DNA of 64,000 nt from Candidatus Obscuribacteraceae bacterium (lineage in GTDB: Bacteria; Cyanobacteriota; Vampirovibrionia; Obscuribacterales; Obscuribacteraceae), in the NCBI GenBank assembly GCA_044226015.1, contig JBGAHS010000006.1:96001-160000 (forward strand), read 5' to 3'. Below the pieces are notes generated by a model. It was not told the DNA's origin, ran no database searches, and was given only the letters and a program-made list of their open reading frames with translations. Position 1 is the first letter of the stretch, and each line of letters starts with the position of its first letter. The translations under genes and the position numbers were made by a program. This document shows positions 10,152 to 20,409 of the stretch, in pieces.

Positions 10152-11020
10152 TGAATTCGATCAAACAGCCTTGCTCAGTGGTTTCCGGTTCAGAAGGTTG
10201 GATGCAGGTGTGCCTTGACGCTCTAGATGAATTTGGCTATGTCATTGTACAAAGTGTTTTTGATGCCGAGTTTTGCGTGAAAGCGGCCGAGAAAATGCGG
10301 CAGGTCAGGCAAACTCAGTTCCACGATTTGAGGAAGCAAAACTTGATAGGTGATGTGGATCCACCTTTCGTGCTTGGATTGATGAAGTACGACCAGATAT
10401 TCATTGAGACCATCGTGCAAAAAAATATTGTTGAGCTTGCACAGAATTATCTCGGAATTAATGCCATTCTGAGAAATCAAATGGGGCAGTTCGTTTCACC
10501 GATAGAGCAAGAGCATGAAGGAAGAATGGTCTTCCATAATTTTCACCGGCAATTTAGATACATCCAGAACACTTGCCGGCTGACTCTCGAAACAGGAATT
10601 TTGCTTGAAGATTTACACAAGGACAATGGGGCACTTACAGTAATTCCTGGTTCCCACAAATCAAAAGGCACACCAACTGAGGCCGAACTGAAAAAGAACG
10701 AAATTCTTTTGACAGCTGCAGCTGGGTCTGTATTAGTCCTTGATGGAATGACATGGCATCGGGAGCTCGACAATTTAACAACAAGTGAGTTTCCGTTGTT
10801 GACTCAACAGTATTGCAATCATGCGCTAAAACAATATATGGACTTTCCGCGCTATTTGGGCAAAGAGTTCATCGAATCATGCCCTGCTCTAGTCAGGCAG
10901 TTGCTTGGCGCTATTTCACAGCCCCCTGCCAATTTCAATGAATATTTCAAACCCATCGAACGCGACGTGTACACCAAAAACGCGGCTAATTGTATAGTAA
11001 AAGTCCATCAAGATGAATAA
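10148..11020 (+). CDS. Phytanoyl-CoA dioxygenase (PhyH)-family Fe(II)/2OG oxygenase
   Basis: GYVIV, LEDLHKDNGALTVIPGSHK, AGSVLVLDGMTWHR; GTGA overlap with the acyltransferase. Confidence 0.85.
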   Translation: MMNSIKQPCSVVSGSEGWMQVCLDALDEFGYVIVQSVFDAEFCVKAAEKMRQVRQTQFHDLRKQNLIGDVDPPFVLGLMKYDQIFIETIVQKNIVELAQNYLGINAILRNQMGQFVSPIEQEHEGRMVFHNFHRQFRYIQNTCRLTLETGILLEDLHKDNGALTVIPGSHKSKGTPTEAELKKNEILLTAAAGSVLVLDGMTWHRELDNLTTSEFPLLTQQYCNHALKQYMDFPRYLGKEFIESCPALVRQLLGAISQPPANFNEYFKPIERDVYTKNAANCIVKVHQDE

Positions 11021-11319
11021 GCTTTAGATGACGAAAGTATCTCGGTTTCATGAAACACGAGAAATGGGCTTCTGATCTGACTTGTGCTTTCGTTTGCATG
11101 GGAACTTTCCCCAGCTTGCCGCCTTATTTGCGATCATTGATAGATAATGTACAAACGGTTGGAATTGTTCGAATGAAATCGTCCTCAAGGATGACCCTAT
11201 TACTGCTGCTGAGTGATGCGAATGTTCTTAATTCCTGGAAAAATTAGTAAAAGCTTGGATACCCGATGGCTATTGGTCTGATTGAGATATATTGAAGTTA
11301 GAAAGCAGGAGAACATATC

Positions 11320-12297
11320 ATGAGAGGCAAATCAATTCTTCTGGCATTAAGCGGCTCCAGGCAATCGCGTTTTGCGACTGAAGTTTGCTGGAAGATGGCA
11401 CAAAAACTTGGTGCTACTATCACAGCTCAGCATGTGGTCGATTCTCACAGTGCTTGGGAGTTTCTTGGACATGAGAAACCAGGATTTCTTGACTCTTCGC
11501 GATATCTCGATGTTTATCAGGGGCTTTTGAACAGCTTGTTTGAGCTTGGAGAAGGCCTCACTATTGCCTATGCTGAACAAGCTTCTCGGCTGGGTCTAGA
11601 CGCTCTGTGCGTGACGGATGAAGGTAATCCAATTTCTGAAATTTGTCGAAGAGCTGTAAATCATAAGCTTGTGGTGATTGGACATAAACCCAAAAGCACT
11701 AGAACAAAAGCACGAGAACACTTTCGCCGTCTGTCAATCGCCGAGTCACTTGCACATGACTGTTCCAGACCATTGTTAGTTGTGCAAGATGAGTGCAAAG
11801 AATGGTCATCGCTTGCAATTATGATTTCGCTAGACCATATCAACGAAGTTTTCATCAACTCCTGTCTGGATATGGCAAAGGCTCTTGATTTGAGACCATC
11901 CCTCCTCTGTTTGACTGGTGGAGCCAATGAAGAAGATCCCGAGCAACTGGTGCGCGATTTCAGGCAAGCAAACTTGCGATTGAAAGAATATCCAATCGCT
12001 GTGGTTCATGCTGAAAAGGACATCAGCGTTGGAATTGAAGACTGGTATGCCCCAGAAAATCAGCCTTATGTCCGTGAAAATTGGACAAATCCATTGATTG
12101 TAATTCCAACGAGAATGGTTGCCGGTGAGAGAATTACTGTCGTAGACAGCTCTCCATCAGGTTTCGTCCGCAATATGACTCTACCAAGCATAATGCTCTG
12201 GCCTGAGGAGTTTACCTATTCACTAACTGCTGATGAGGCTGGCTGCTCAGAAAAAAGCGGGGATCAACAGAATAAGACTGTTCGAATTTGCAAATAA
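11320..12297 (+). CDS. Universal stress protein family
   Basis: SILLALSGS, HVVD, EGNPISEI, LVVIG, SIAESLAHDCSRPLLVV; AGGAG RBS. Confidence 0.8.
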   Translation: MRGKSILLALSGSRQSRFATEVCWKMAQKLGATITAQHVVDSHSAWEFLGHEKPGFLDSSRYLDVYQGLLNSLFELGEGLTIAYAEQASRLGLDALCVTDEGNPISEICRRAVNHKLVVIGHKPKSTRTKAREHFRRLSIAESLAHDCSRPLLVVQDECKEWSSLAIMISLDHINEVFINSCLDMAKALDLRPSLLCLTGGANEEDPEQLVRDFRQANLRLKEYPIAVVHAEKDISVGIEDWYAPENQPYVRENWTNPLIVIPTRMVAGERITVVDSSPSGFVRNMTLPSIMLWPEEFTYSLTADEAGCSEKSGDQQNKTVRICK

Positions 12298-12414
12298 GCA
12301 TTGATCTGCCATAAGCACCTGCTGGCTTGCCTTTTGAGATCCTTGGAAACATATTAGTATGCTTCTACCGACAGGGTGACTAAAATAATGTCTTGTCAAG
12401 TAAAGGTGCTCGAT

Positions 12415-12732
12415 ATGGACATCGAAGGAATTCTCGCAATCGGCGGCTTCTGGCTTTGTATGATACTTCTGATTTTCAGAGGTGCCATTAGGGAGAGGTT
12501 GGTCAACGCACCGCCAAAGAATGTTGGCGAAATCACCGAGATGAAGGCTCGATTGCTCACACTCGAAGCCCGTGTCACAGCCATGAATGGCGAAATTCTA
12601 GAGCTTCAAGAAGGGCAAATGTTTGACAAAAAACTTTTAGGAAACTCTGATAAGAAACAGGCAACGAGCGGTCCGAAGCTCGTTACATCCAGCGCTTCTT
12701 CCTCAGGAAGAACAGGATCGCTGCTGAAGTAA
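12415..12732 (+). CDS. Small single-TM coiled-coil protein
   Basis: N-terminal TM then LLTLEARV...LQEGQMFDKKLL; 3' end overlaps corA 3' end by 50 nt. Confidence 0.6.
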   Translation: MDIEGILAIGGFWLCMILLIFRGAIRERLVNAPPKNVGEITEMKARLLTLEARVTAMNGEILELQEGQMFDKKLLGNSDKKQATSGPKLVTSSASSSGRTGSLLK

Positions 12733-13786
12733 CCACCATCAAAAGCAGCGAAAAAGGATAACCAAAATACCAGTCAAGTTCTGGCATATTGAACGGACTT
12801 TTGTCGCCATGGAAGTTCATGCCATAAACTCCGGCAATAAAAGTCGGCGGAATAAATAGCGATGTGATAATTGTCAAAACCTTGATGATTTCGTTCATTC
12901 GGTTATTCACTGCACTCAGATAAATGCTGAGCAAATCACTAGCAAGCTCTCTGTACATTTCAACGAGGTCAATGATTCGCGATAGATGGTCGTAGCAATC
13001 TCGCAAATAAACACGGGTTTCATCGCTGATGAAAGATGAGCTATCGCGGCAAAGAATGTTTATGGTGTCTCGCATTGGCCAAACCGAACGCCTCACAGCC
13101 AGAACTTCAAGTTTTAATTCGTGTATCTTGCTGGTTGCCTGATTTGCAGGAGTGTCCGCGTGGGGGGTAACGATTGTGTCCTCAAGAGATTCTATTCTGT
13201 CTCCGAGCCGTTCCATCATAGGGAAGTATGCATCGACACCAGCATCTATTATTGAATAAGCAAGATGATCGGCCGCCTTAGCTCTGATGCCACCACGGTC
13301 TTTCCTGATGCGCTCTCTTACGGGCTCGAGGCAGTCACCACCAGTTTTTTCCTGAAAACTTATGACGTAATTTTTTCCAAGGAAAATAGCAAACTGTTCG
13401 GTGTCACACGAAAGTTCTTTGTCTGTTGGAATTCGAATTACGATAAAAAGGTGTTCCTTGAACGTGTCAACTTTTGAACGTTGATGAAATTTCATCGCAT
13501 CTTCGAGTGCCAATTCATGAATGCCGAAAAGATCTACAAGCGGTTGCAGATGCTGACTTTCTCCGCTTTCGATGTTTATCCAATTGACGGCATAGTGGCC
13601 GAGTTTTTTACTCAGAGTGAATATCGAATCGATTTCTTCTTCATGAAACGAGTGCGGTCCATAACCAATGAAGTGCATTCGAAGCTTGCTGGCTTCTGCA
13701 AGTGCAGCAGACGCAGAAATCTCATCGAAGACCTCTTTGCTAGCTTCCCCGAGTCTATAGAATTTGCTTGTTTTGCGCCTACTCAC
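12683..13786 (-). CDS. corA: Magnesium/cobalt transporter CorA
   Basis: IHELALED, YLRDCYDH, NNRMNEIIKVLT, GVYGMNF, MPELDW. Confidence 0.96.
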   Translation of the reverse strand: MSRRKTSKFYRLGEASKEVFDEISASAALAEASKLRMHFIGYGPHSFHEEEIDSIFTLSKKLGHYAVNWINIESGESQHLQPLVDLFGIHELALEDAMKFHQRSKVDTFKEHLFIVIRIPTDKELSCDTEQFAIFLGKNYVISFQEKTGGDCLEPVRERIRKDRGGIRAKAADHLAYSIIDAGVDAYFPMMERLGDRIESLEDTIVTPHADTPANQATSKIHELKLEVLAVRRSVWPMRDTINILCRDSSSFISDETRVYLRDCYDHLSRIIDLVEMYRELASDLLSIYLSAVNNRMNEIIKVLTIITSLFIPPTFIAGVYGMNFHGDKSPFNMPELDWYFGYPFSLLLMVVTSAAILFFLRKKRWM

Positions 13787-13924
13787 AACTGTTTTCTCCG
13801 CTCAAACGAATAGGTTATCGGAAAATATTGCAGCACGCAAACAGAGCTTTGCTGGAGAAAGAATTTCTGAAAGCAAGCAGCTATACTGAACGGGATCACA
13901 TTGACCGTGGGTGGAGGAATTTCA

Positions 13925-14464
13925 ATGTCTAAGTTCTTATTTGCACTTCTTGCTCTAGCTGTAATGGTGGCGCCAGCTGCCAATGCAGATGACAAAGCTG
14001 ACCCTGCCAAGAAACCAGGACTTCTGAAGAAAGCTGGAGAAGACATCAAGAAGGGGGCTGAAGCTGTTGTAAAAGATAGCGCCAAAGCAGTTGAAAAGAG
14101 TGCAAAGGTTACAGAAAAGGCTGTAGTTGGTGGCGCTAAAGTTACTGAAAAGGGCGTCGAAGCCAGTGCTAAAGCTACCGGTAAGGTTGGCAAAGACCTG
14201 GTAAAAGGTAGCGAAAAAGTTAGCACTGACGTCGTAAAGGGTTCTGCAGACGCTACAAAGAGCGTTGTTAAAGGCAGCGAGAAAGTTACTACAGACGTCG
14301 TAAAGGGCTCTGCTGACGCTACCAAAAAGGTAGTTAAAGGCGGCGAAAAAGCAGGTAAAGACGCTGTGGGAGCCACCGAGACAGTCGGCAAGGACGCTGT
14401 TAAGGGAACAGAGAAAGTTGGAAAAGATGTTGCCAAGGATGCTGGAAAGGCTGTTGGCAAATAG
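13925..14464 (+). CDS. Exported Lys/Ala/Val/Gly-rich protein of 11-aa repeats (LEA-like)
   Basis: GGAGG RBS, signal peptide ending ANA, about 12 tandem 11-mers. Confidence 0.8.
   Translation: MSKFLFALLALAVMVAPAANADDKADPAKKPGLLKKAGEDIKKGAEAVVKDSAKAVEKSAKVTEKAVVGGAKVTEKGVEASAKATGKVGKDLVKGSEKVSTDVVKGSADATKSVVKGSEKVTTDVVKGSADATKKVVKGGEKAGKDAVGATETVGKDAVKGTEKVGKDVAKDAGKAVGK
14204..14335 (+). repeat. Two 66-bp tandem coding units (KGSEKVxTDVVKGSADATKxVV)
   Basis: Direct comparison of the units; differences mostly synonymous. Confidence 0.85.
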
Positions 14465-14501
14465 TTAGTACATCTTTCTAGCTGCAGCATGCAGTTGAAG
14501 T

Positions 14502-14541
14502 AGAGGGCGGAATTTAGTAGTCCGCTATATTCCGTCCCTCT
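14502..14541 (+). terminator. Stem-loop after the repeat gene
   Basis: AGAGGGCGGAATTTAG...CTATATTCCGTCCCTCT, one bulge and one mismatch. Confidence 0.55.
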
Positions 14542-14566
14542 CAAAGTTTTATTGTTGGAGTCAGCG

Positions 14567-15550
14567 ATGCGCGCAATAGTTATCAAACAACCCGGTGGAC
14601 CGGAAGTACTGAGTCTCGAACAAGTTTCGGACCCAGAAGTGGCTAAGGGTGAAGCTCTAGTCAGAGTGAAAGCCACTGCAGTTAACCGGGCTGATGTAAT
14701 GCAGCGTATGGGTCACTACCCTTCGCCTCCTGACTCGCCGCCGGACATACCAGGACTTGAATACGCTGGTGTAGTTGAGGCTTTAGGTTCAGGTGTTAGC
14801 GACTTTCAGGTCGGAGACAAAGTCTTTGGTATCGCAGGTGGCGGCACATATGCTGATTACGTGGTAGTACCAGCACGCTGTTTAGCTCGTATGCCCGTCA
14901 AAATGTCTTTTGTGGAGGCGGCTTCCATTCCAGAAGTCTTCGTCACAGCTTATGATGCGATGGTCAGCCAGTGCGGCTTGATGACCGGTGAATCAGTGTT
15001 GATTCACGCGATAGGAAGCGGTGTTGGTTTGGCAGCTTTGCAGATAGCCAAGTTACTTGGCGCCACCACTTTCGGTACTGCAAGAACCAAAGAGAAGTTA
15101 GAGAACGCTCTTTCGCATGGCTTAGACCATGGCATTCTTGTAAGAGATGGCAAATTCGCTGAGCAAATCAAAGATATTATTCCCAGCGGAATAGATGTTA
15201 CGATGGAACTTGTTGGTGGTGATTATTTCAACGAAGATATCTCATGCGCCGCAGTCAAAGGACGTATCGTAGTCGTCGGGCTGATGGCTGGTTTGCATGT
15301 TGAGGCTGATTTAGGACAAATCTTGAGAAAGAGGCTGACTATAAAAGGCACCACACTCAGGATGCGCCCGCTCGAAGAGAAAATAGTTGCAGCGAAGCTC
15401 TTGCAAAATCAGATCGTTCCGCTCTTTGAGAAAGGTCTACTTAAGCCAACTATCGATAAAATTTACCCGCTCTCAGCTGCAGCAGAAGCTCATGAGCATA
15501 TGGGCAAAAATCAAAACTTTGGCAAAATTGTGCTTGAAATATCTAAGTGA
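14567..15550 (+). CDS. NAD(P)H-quinone oxidoreductase, PIG3/zeta-crystallin (MDR) family
   Basis: GGPEVL, VNRADVMQRMGHY, PGLE, HAIGSGVG, NFGKIVL. Confidence 0.93.
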   Translation: MRAIVIKQPGGPEVLSLEQVSDPEVAKGEALVRVKATAVNRADVMQRMGHYPSPPDSPPDIPGLEYAGVVEALGSGVSDFQVGDKVFGIAGGGTYADYVVVPARCLARMPVKMSFVEAASIPEVFVTAYDAMVSQCGLMTGESVLIHAIGSGVGLAALQIAKLLGATTFGTARTKEKLENALSHGLDHGILVRDGKFAEQIKDIIPSGIDVTMELVGGDYFNEDISCAAVKGRIVVVGLMAGLHVEADLGQILRKRLTIKGTTLRMRPLEEKIVAAKLLQNQIVPLFEKGLLKPTIDKIYPLSAAAEAHEHMGKNQNFGKIVLEISK

Positions 15551-16422
15551 CATACCGTCTCGTCCTCACTGAAGATGGCTCCCCTACGTTGAAGGATGAG
15601 GAGTCGGGCGAGTTGTATCACAATCGTGCTGGTGCCTATCTTGAAGCACTACTGAATTATGTTCAGCCATCTGCAGCATTAAAGGCACTAGACAGGCACG
15701 ATTCGCGGCTCATAGTTCTGGATGTTTGTTTTGGGTTAGGCTACAACAGTTTTGTCCTTCTTGAAGAAGCATTGAAGCACGCTTGCACTGGAAGTATCAG
15801 CTTGACGGCTATCGAGAAAAACATAGAGTTGCTTCACTTGCTCCCGGAAATAATAAGCAGTGGTAAGTTTCCATTTCTTGAAGAAATTCTTGAGAGAAAT
15901 AAGCGGCGAGGGCTGGCGCAACTAATGTGTGAACGTCGTTTTCGCGGAGGCAGAAATGATTTTGCTTTTGATATGGAAATAATAGAAGGAACCTTACAGG
16001 GACAGATTCAGAAAATACATGATGATTTTGACCTCATATTTCACGACCCGTTTTCCCCGAAACGTGCGCCAGAGCTATGGACGGCAGATATCTTCGGCAT
16101 GTACCAAAAGCTACTTCGAAATAGAAAAGGTGCTGTTTTAACCTATAGTTCGGCCTCTGCGGTTCGGGGCGGACTCAGAGAAGTCGGCTTTGAAGTGAGA
16201 AAAACTACCGCACTAGGAGGCAAGTCTGGCGGTACAATTGCAATGATTAGCGCTGAATCTGCCCATTTTAGCTTTTTGGAGCTTGGGGAAGACGAAGCAA
16301 AGAAACTCGACTCCGTATCTGGAGTACCCTACAGATCCAAGGGTTTTGGGATGGATCGTCCAAGTGTCTTGCGAACTCGAACTGAGGAGCAAGCGCAATA
16401 CAAGCGACTTGGAAAGGATTAG
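15547..16422 (+). CDS. MnmC-like (methyltransferase-domain) tRNA modification protein
   Basis: TEDGSPTL...ELYHNRAGA, LDVCFGLGYN, FHDPFSPKRAPELWT, TYSSASAVRGGL. Confidence 0.85.
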   Translation: MTYRLVLTEDGSPTLKDEESGELYHNRAGAYLEALLNYVQPSAALKALDRHDSRLIVLDVCFGLGYNSFVLLEEALKHACTGSISLTAIEKNIELLHLLPEIISSGKFPFLEEILERNKRRGLAQLMCERRFRGGRNDFAFDMEIIEGTLQGQIQKIHDDFDLIFHDPFSPKRAPELWTADIFGMYQKLLRNRKGAVLTYSSASAVRGGLREVGFEVRKTTALGGKSGGTIAMISAESAHFSFLELGEDEAKKLDSVSGVPYRSKGFGMDRPSVLRTRTEEQAQYKRLGKD

Positions 16423-16510
16423 CGGCTAACGCTGCTGGGTACGAAACGCTGGGGTGAGTCCGGCAGCAGAGCTGGATTCTTGACAATGTAACTGTAGGAA
16501 GTTTCCGATA

Positions 16511-19500
16511 ATGGAATTGCTAGCTGCTCTCATAATCTGTGGTGCCATAGGTGGATTGGGGTATGTCCTGATGACACTCTGGTTTGTGAAGTATCAACAA
16601 CTTATGGACGCGCAACAACAGAAGTCGTACGCGTTTTTGAAAGAAGCGTTGAACCAGAATGCCGAGCTGATGATGAGGAAACAGCAAGACCTCCTCGATC
16701 AGCACATGGAGTTATTAAAGAAGCAGCACACAGAAGCATTGCGTCAGGCAAAAGCAATGGCCGAATTGCAATCAAACATTGACCTTGAATCTTTGCGTTA
16801 TCTAGTCGAACACACCTCCAAAGTCGCGGAAGTACAAGTTATTACCTCATTGCTGCCAATGGTGGGTCATAACCCGGAAGCAAACAAAGCAATTGAATTT
16901 GCCATGTCATTCTTGCACAATCATGATATTGTCCAGGGCGTCAAAGGCATGATGAAATCTAGCTCTGTTCCACTGATAGGAGCGCCGACGGTCATTCGTA
17001 CCACGGCACCAAATATGGTGCCAAATTTTCTGCCTTCCTCGGCTCAGTCGAACACTGCCGAAGCTTCGAAATTCTCCTCTACCCCGACGGTTCCACCCAC
17101 TCTGGTTACAGCACCTGCAGAACCAGCTGAATTGGAGTCTTTTGCGCCAAATTCAGATGCTGCATCCAATTCGTCGCAGACCGTTGGAGTTTCTACCTTC
17201 AATTCAAGTTCAGGTCAAAGCCTTTTAGGGGCAACTGACATTGCTCCTTCAAAAGAAGATGCTGCGCGGCTTGAGCAAGAAGAAGCAATCAATAGGTTGT
17301 TTGCCGAAACAGAGCAGAAAAAACAGGCTGAGGAAATTGAGAAGGCGCGTCAAGGCGAAGCCGAACAGAAGCGCATGGCCGAACAAGCCAAACAGATTCA
17401 AGCTGAAGCAGAAGCTGCTGCTGCAAAACTAGCAGAAGAACAGCGCAAGAAAGATGAAGAGGCTGCCAAATTAGCAGCAGAGCAAAAGCAACTTGAAGAA
17501 GAAAAGGCGGCCTTCGCGCAGGCGACTGCGGCAGCTGAAGCGGAGAGATTGCGTCAGGCTGAGCTGGCGAAACAGCAAGAAGAGCGCAGTCGTCAGGAAG
17601 AGGAAAGAAATCGATTAGCTGAGCAAGCTAGGCTTGAAGAGGAGAAGAAGCAGTCTGACGCAGCTAAGGCTGCAGAGGAAGAAAAACAACGCCAGCTCGA
17701 AGCGGCGATGATAGCTGAAGAGACTAAGAAAAGAGAGGCAGCGGCAGCAGCTGCCGCCGCTGCCGTGGCGACTCAAGTCAGCGGAAAACCTGCATCAGGC
17801 AAGACAGCCGAAGAAGAAGCTGCCGAACGTTTGTTTGGCGCAGGACCGCAAGCAAACAAAGGCTTGTTGAGTGTTACAGATAACGAGCTGGGTAATCTCT
17901 TCGATCAGATTTTGTCTAAAGATTCGAAAGATAAGGCACCAGATGTTGATGACGAGGAAGTTCGGCGCCGCATAGAAGCTGCTGATTCTAAGCGTCTTGA
18001 AGAACAGTTAGCCGAGGAATTGCTTAAGGAAGAAGAATTCGTTGCGCTTTTGAAACGACAAGAGGAAGAAGCTGCAATTATCGCTCAGGCTGCAGTAGAG
18101 GCAGCAGCTCTTCTTGCAGCAGAAGAGGCTAAACCTTCGGAGGCAGAAATTGCAGCGAAAAGTGCTGCAGAGGAAGAGCGCCTGCAAGCTGAGAAAGACG
18201 CCGAAGCCAGGCTGTTTGGAAATTTATTTGGTGCTCAAAAGTCTGAAGACATTGCCGAGAAGCAAAGGCAGGCTGATGAAGCAGAGAAGCTTCGCAGAGA
18301 AGAGTCCGAAGAGAAACGCCGTTTGGCGGCTGCAGTTGAGAAAGAATTGATGGCTCGCGAACAAGCGAAAAAACGCGCCGCTGAGGCAATCAAAAATGCT
18401 GCACCAACTACAATACCATCTCCGCAGAATTCAGGTTCTTTCGCTGCAGCCAAAGTGGCTGCAGCCGCAGCAGCGTCAGCTGCCGTAAGCAATGTTGCTC
18501 AGTCTGTACCTCCAACGCCGACACCACCGCCTGTAAACAGTCCGGCTGCCGACAGCAAGCAAAAGGCGATGGAGGCTGCCGAGAAGAAGCTAGCCGCATT
18601 GTCTGGACTTGGACGTCCAGATGATGTCCAGCAAATGGAATTCGAAAAAGTGCGCGATCTCGAAGCACAAAAACTTCTAGAAGATTCTGAACGCATGCGA
18701 CCAAAAGAGCAGCTCGACGCAGCCACTGAACGCTTGATGGCTATGGAAGCCAAAGGCATGTCGTTCTCCTTCGATTCGCAAGCAACGGTCGAACAGCCAT
18801 TCTCTGAGGCATTTACGAGAGATGGAAACAGATTGTATGACCAGGGTAAATATGCTGAGGCTGAAAAACACTACAGAGCAGCCTTGCCAACTCTTGAAGA
18901 AGTGATGGGACGTGAGCATCTTGCAGTGGTTGAGATATTGCACAAATTAGGCACCATTGCGTTTCGTCGCGGCAAGTATGCTGACGCTGAAGAAACTTTC
19001 CAACAAGCTTTGGTTCGTCGTGTAATGGCACTCGGCGGAAATCATCCTGACACTGTCACTACTTTGAACGACCTGGGTCAGCTCTATACTCGACGCGCCA
19101 ATTACAAGGAAGCGAAGAGAGTTTTGACAGAAGCTCTGGAGCTGCGCAGGTTGGTTTTTGGCGATGAACATAGAGCAACTGCTCAAACCTGTCATGACAT
19201 TGGACTTCTATACATGGCTCAGGGTCAATACAATGACGCAGGCATTATGATGGAACGTGCCTATGCAATGAGAAAGAAGATCTTCGGAGATGATCATGTT
19301 GATTCTGTACAGAGCAAGAGCGATATTGGCAGACTCTGCCTCTTATTGGACAAGCTTGCTCAGGCGGAAAAGTTGCTTTCACAAGCACTAGCTTACAGGA
19401 AAGAAAAGCTGGGTGAGGAGCATCCTGACTATGCGCAGACACTTCAATATTATGGAGAATATCTGTGCAGGTTAGGCAACTATGCAAGTGCTCAACCTTT

Positions 19501-20128
19501 GCTTGAACATTCACTTTCTGTGCGAAAGAAATGCCTGGGTGAAAGGCATCCTGATACTGCAGCTAGTTTCAATCAACTTGGTGTGCTCTGCTTACACCAG
19601 TCTGAGTTTGAGGAATCTAAGCGCAACCTCAGTCAGGCGCTCTATATTCGCAAGACGAGTCTCGGCGAAAATCATCCGGATACTGCCTCGTCGATGCATG
19701 ACTTCGGGAAACTATGTTGGGTCCGAGGCACCGCAGGTGAGGACACACAACTTGCTGAAGGTATGCCATTGCTCGAGAAATCTCTAGCAATTAGAAAGAA
19801 TATTCTTGGAGAAGGCCACCCCGACACACTTGAATCTATGACGAGTTTAGGTGGAATTCTTACATCTTTGAATAGTCCTGGTGAAGCAGAACCACTGTTG
19901 CGAACGTCTTTTTCAAAGAGAAAAGAGCTGTTCGGATTACATCACATTTGTGTTGCAGAAAGTGCACATGCTCTTGCTGAGTGCTTGTTGAAATTGGGTC
20001 GCAATCAAGATGCCCGTCCTCTTCTAGATGAGGAAGTCACCGTCAGGGCAAATGTTCTGGGGCACGATAATCCGCAAGTTTCCAGTGCACGTATGGAAGG
20101 GCAGAGGCTTCTAGCCATGAAGCATTAG
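16511..20128 (+). CDS. Membrane-anchored 1205-aa coiled-coil protein with C-terminal TPR array
   Basis: N-terminal TM; E/K/A/Q-rich coiled coil; about 10 kinesin-light-chain-type repeats (GxxHPDT). Confidence 0.88.
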   Translation: MELLAALIICGAIGGLGYVLMTLWFVKYQQLMDAQQQKSYAFLKEALNQNAELMMRKQQDLLDQHMELLKKQHTEALRQAKAMAELQSNIDLESLRYLVEHTSKVAEVQVITSLLPMVGHNPEANKAIEFAMSFLHNHDIVQGVKGMMKSSSVPLIGAPTVIRTTAPNMVPNFLPSSAQSNTAEASKFSSTPTVPPTLVTAPAEPAELESFAPNSDAASNSSQTVGVSTFNSSSGQSLLGATDIAPSKEDAARLEQEEAINRLFAETEQKKQAEEIEKARQGEAEQKRMAEQAKQIQAEAEAAAAKLAEEQRKKDEEAAKLAAEQKQLEEEKAAFAQATAAAEAERLRQAELAKQQEERSRQEEERNRLAEQARLEEEKKQSDAAKAAEEEKQRQLEAAMIAEETKKREAAAAAAAAAVATQVSGKPASGKTAEEEAAERLFGAGPQANKGLLSVTDNELGNLFDQILSKDSKDKAPDVDDEEVRRRIEAADSKRLEEQLAEELLKEEEFVALLKRQEEEAAIIAQAAVEAAALLAAEEAKPSEAEIAAKSAAEEERLQAEKDAEARLFGNLFGAQKSEDIAEKQRQADEAEKLRREESEEKRRLAAAVEKELMAREQAKKRAAEAIKNAAPTTIPSPQNSGSFAAAKVAAAAAASAAVSNVAQSVPPTPTPPPVNSPAADSKQKAMEAAEKKLAALSGLGRPDDVQQMEFEKVRDLEAQKLLEDSERMRPKEQLDAATERLMAMEAKGMSFSFDSQATVEQPFSEAFTRDGNRLYDQGKYAEAEKHYRAALPTLEEVMGREHLAVVEILHKLGTIAFRRGKYADAEETFQQALVRRVMALGGNHPDTVTTLNDLGQLYTRRANYKEAKRVLTEALELRRLVFGDEHRATAQTCHDIGLLYMAQGQYNDAGIMMERAYAMRKKIFGDDHVDSVQSKSDIGRLCLLLDKLAQAEKLLSQALAYRKEKLGEEHPDYAQTLQYYGEYLCRLGNYASAQPLLEHSLSVRKKCLGERHPDTAASFNQLGVLCLHQSEFEESKRNLSQALYIRKTSLGENHPDTASSMHDFGKLCWVRGTAGEDTQLAEGMPLLEKSLAIRKNILGEGHPDTLESMTSLGGILTSLNSPGEAEPLLRTSFSKRKELFGLHHICVAESAHALAECLLKLGRNQDARPLLDEEVTVRANVLGHDNPQVSSARMEGQRLLAMKH

Positions 20129-20160
20129 GCTCGCGTAACGTGTGCATTTGTTGATATCTA

Positions 20161-20193
20161 AAAAGAACTCGTAAGTTGATTGCGAGTTCTTTT
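20161..20193. terminator. Bidirectional intrinsic terminator
   Basis: AAAAGAACTCGTAA-GTTGA-TTGCGAGTTCTTTT between convergent genes. Confidence 0.75.
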
Positions 20194-20409
20194 ATCTTTG
20201 TTGAGCCTGAAAACGAGAAGTCCATTTTTACTGGGCAACTCTCGCAACTCACAGGATGTACTAAAGCTTCCCGATAATTCGAATAAAAAATAGGAATCCG
20301 GGCTATTCGGAATCAGTAGCAGTACGTGCAAGGAAGGGTGCAATACCTGAGTATTGAAATGAGGATCCAATAAGGAGTTCGGCGAATGCTTCGCGAAAAT
20401 AAAAAGAAC

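Noticed and set aside
13783..14676. 297-aa minus-strand ORF
   Set aside because: Antisense shadow of the low-complexity repeat gene; also overlaps the oxidoreductase.
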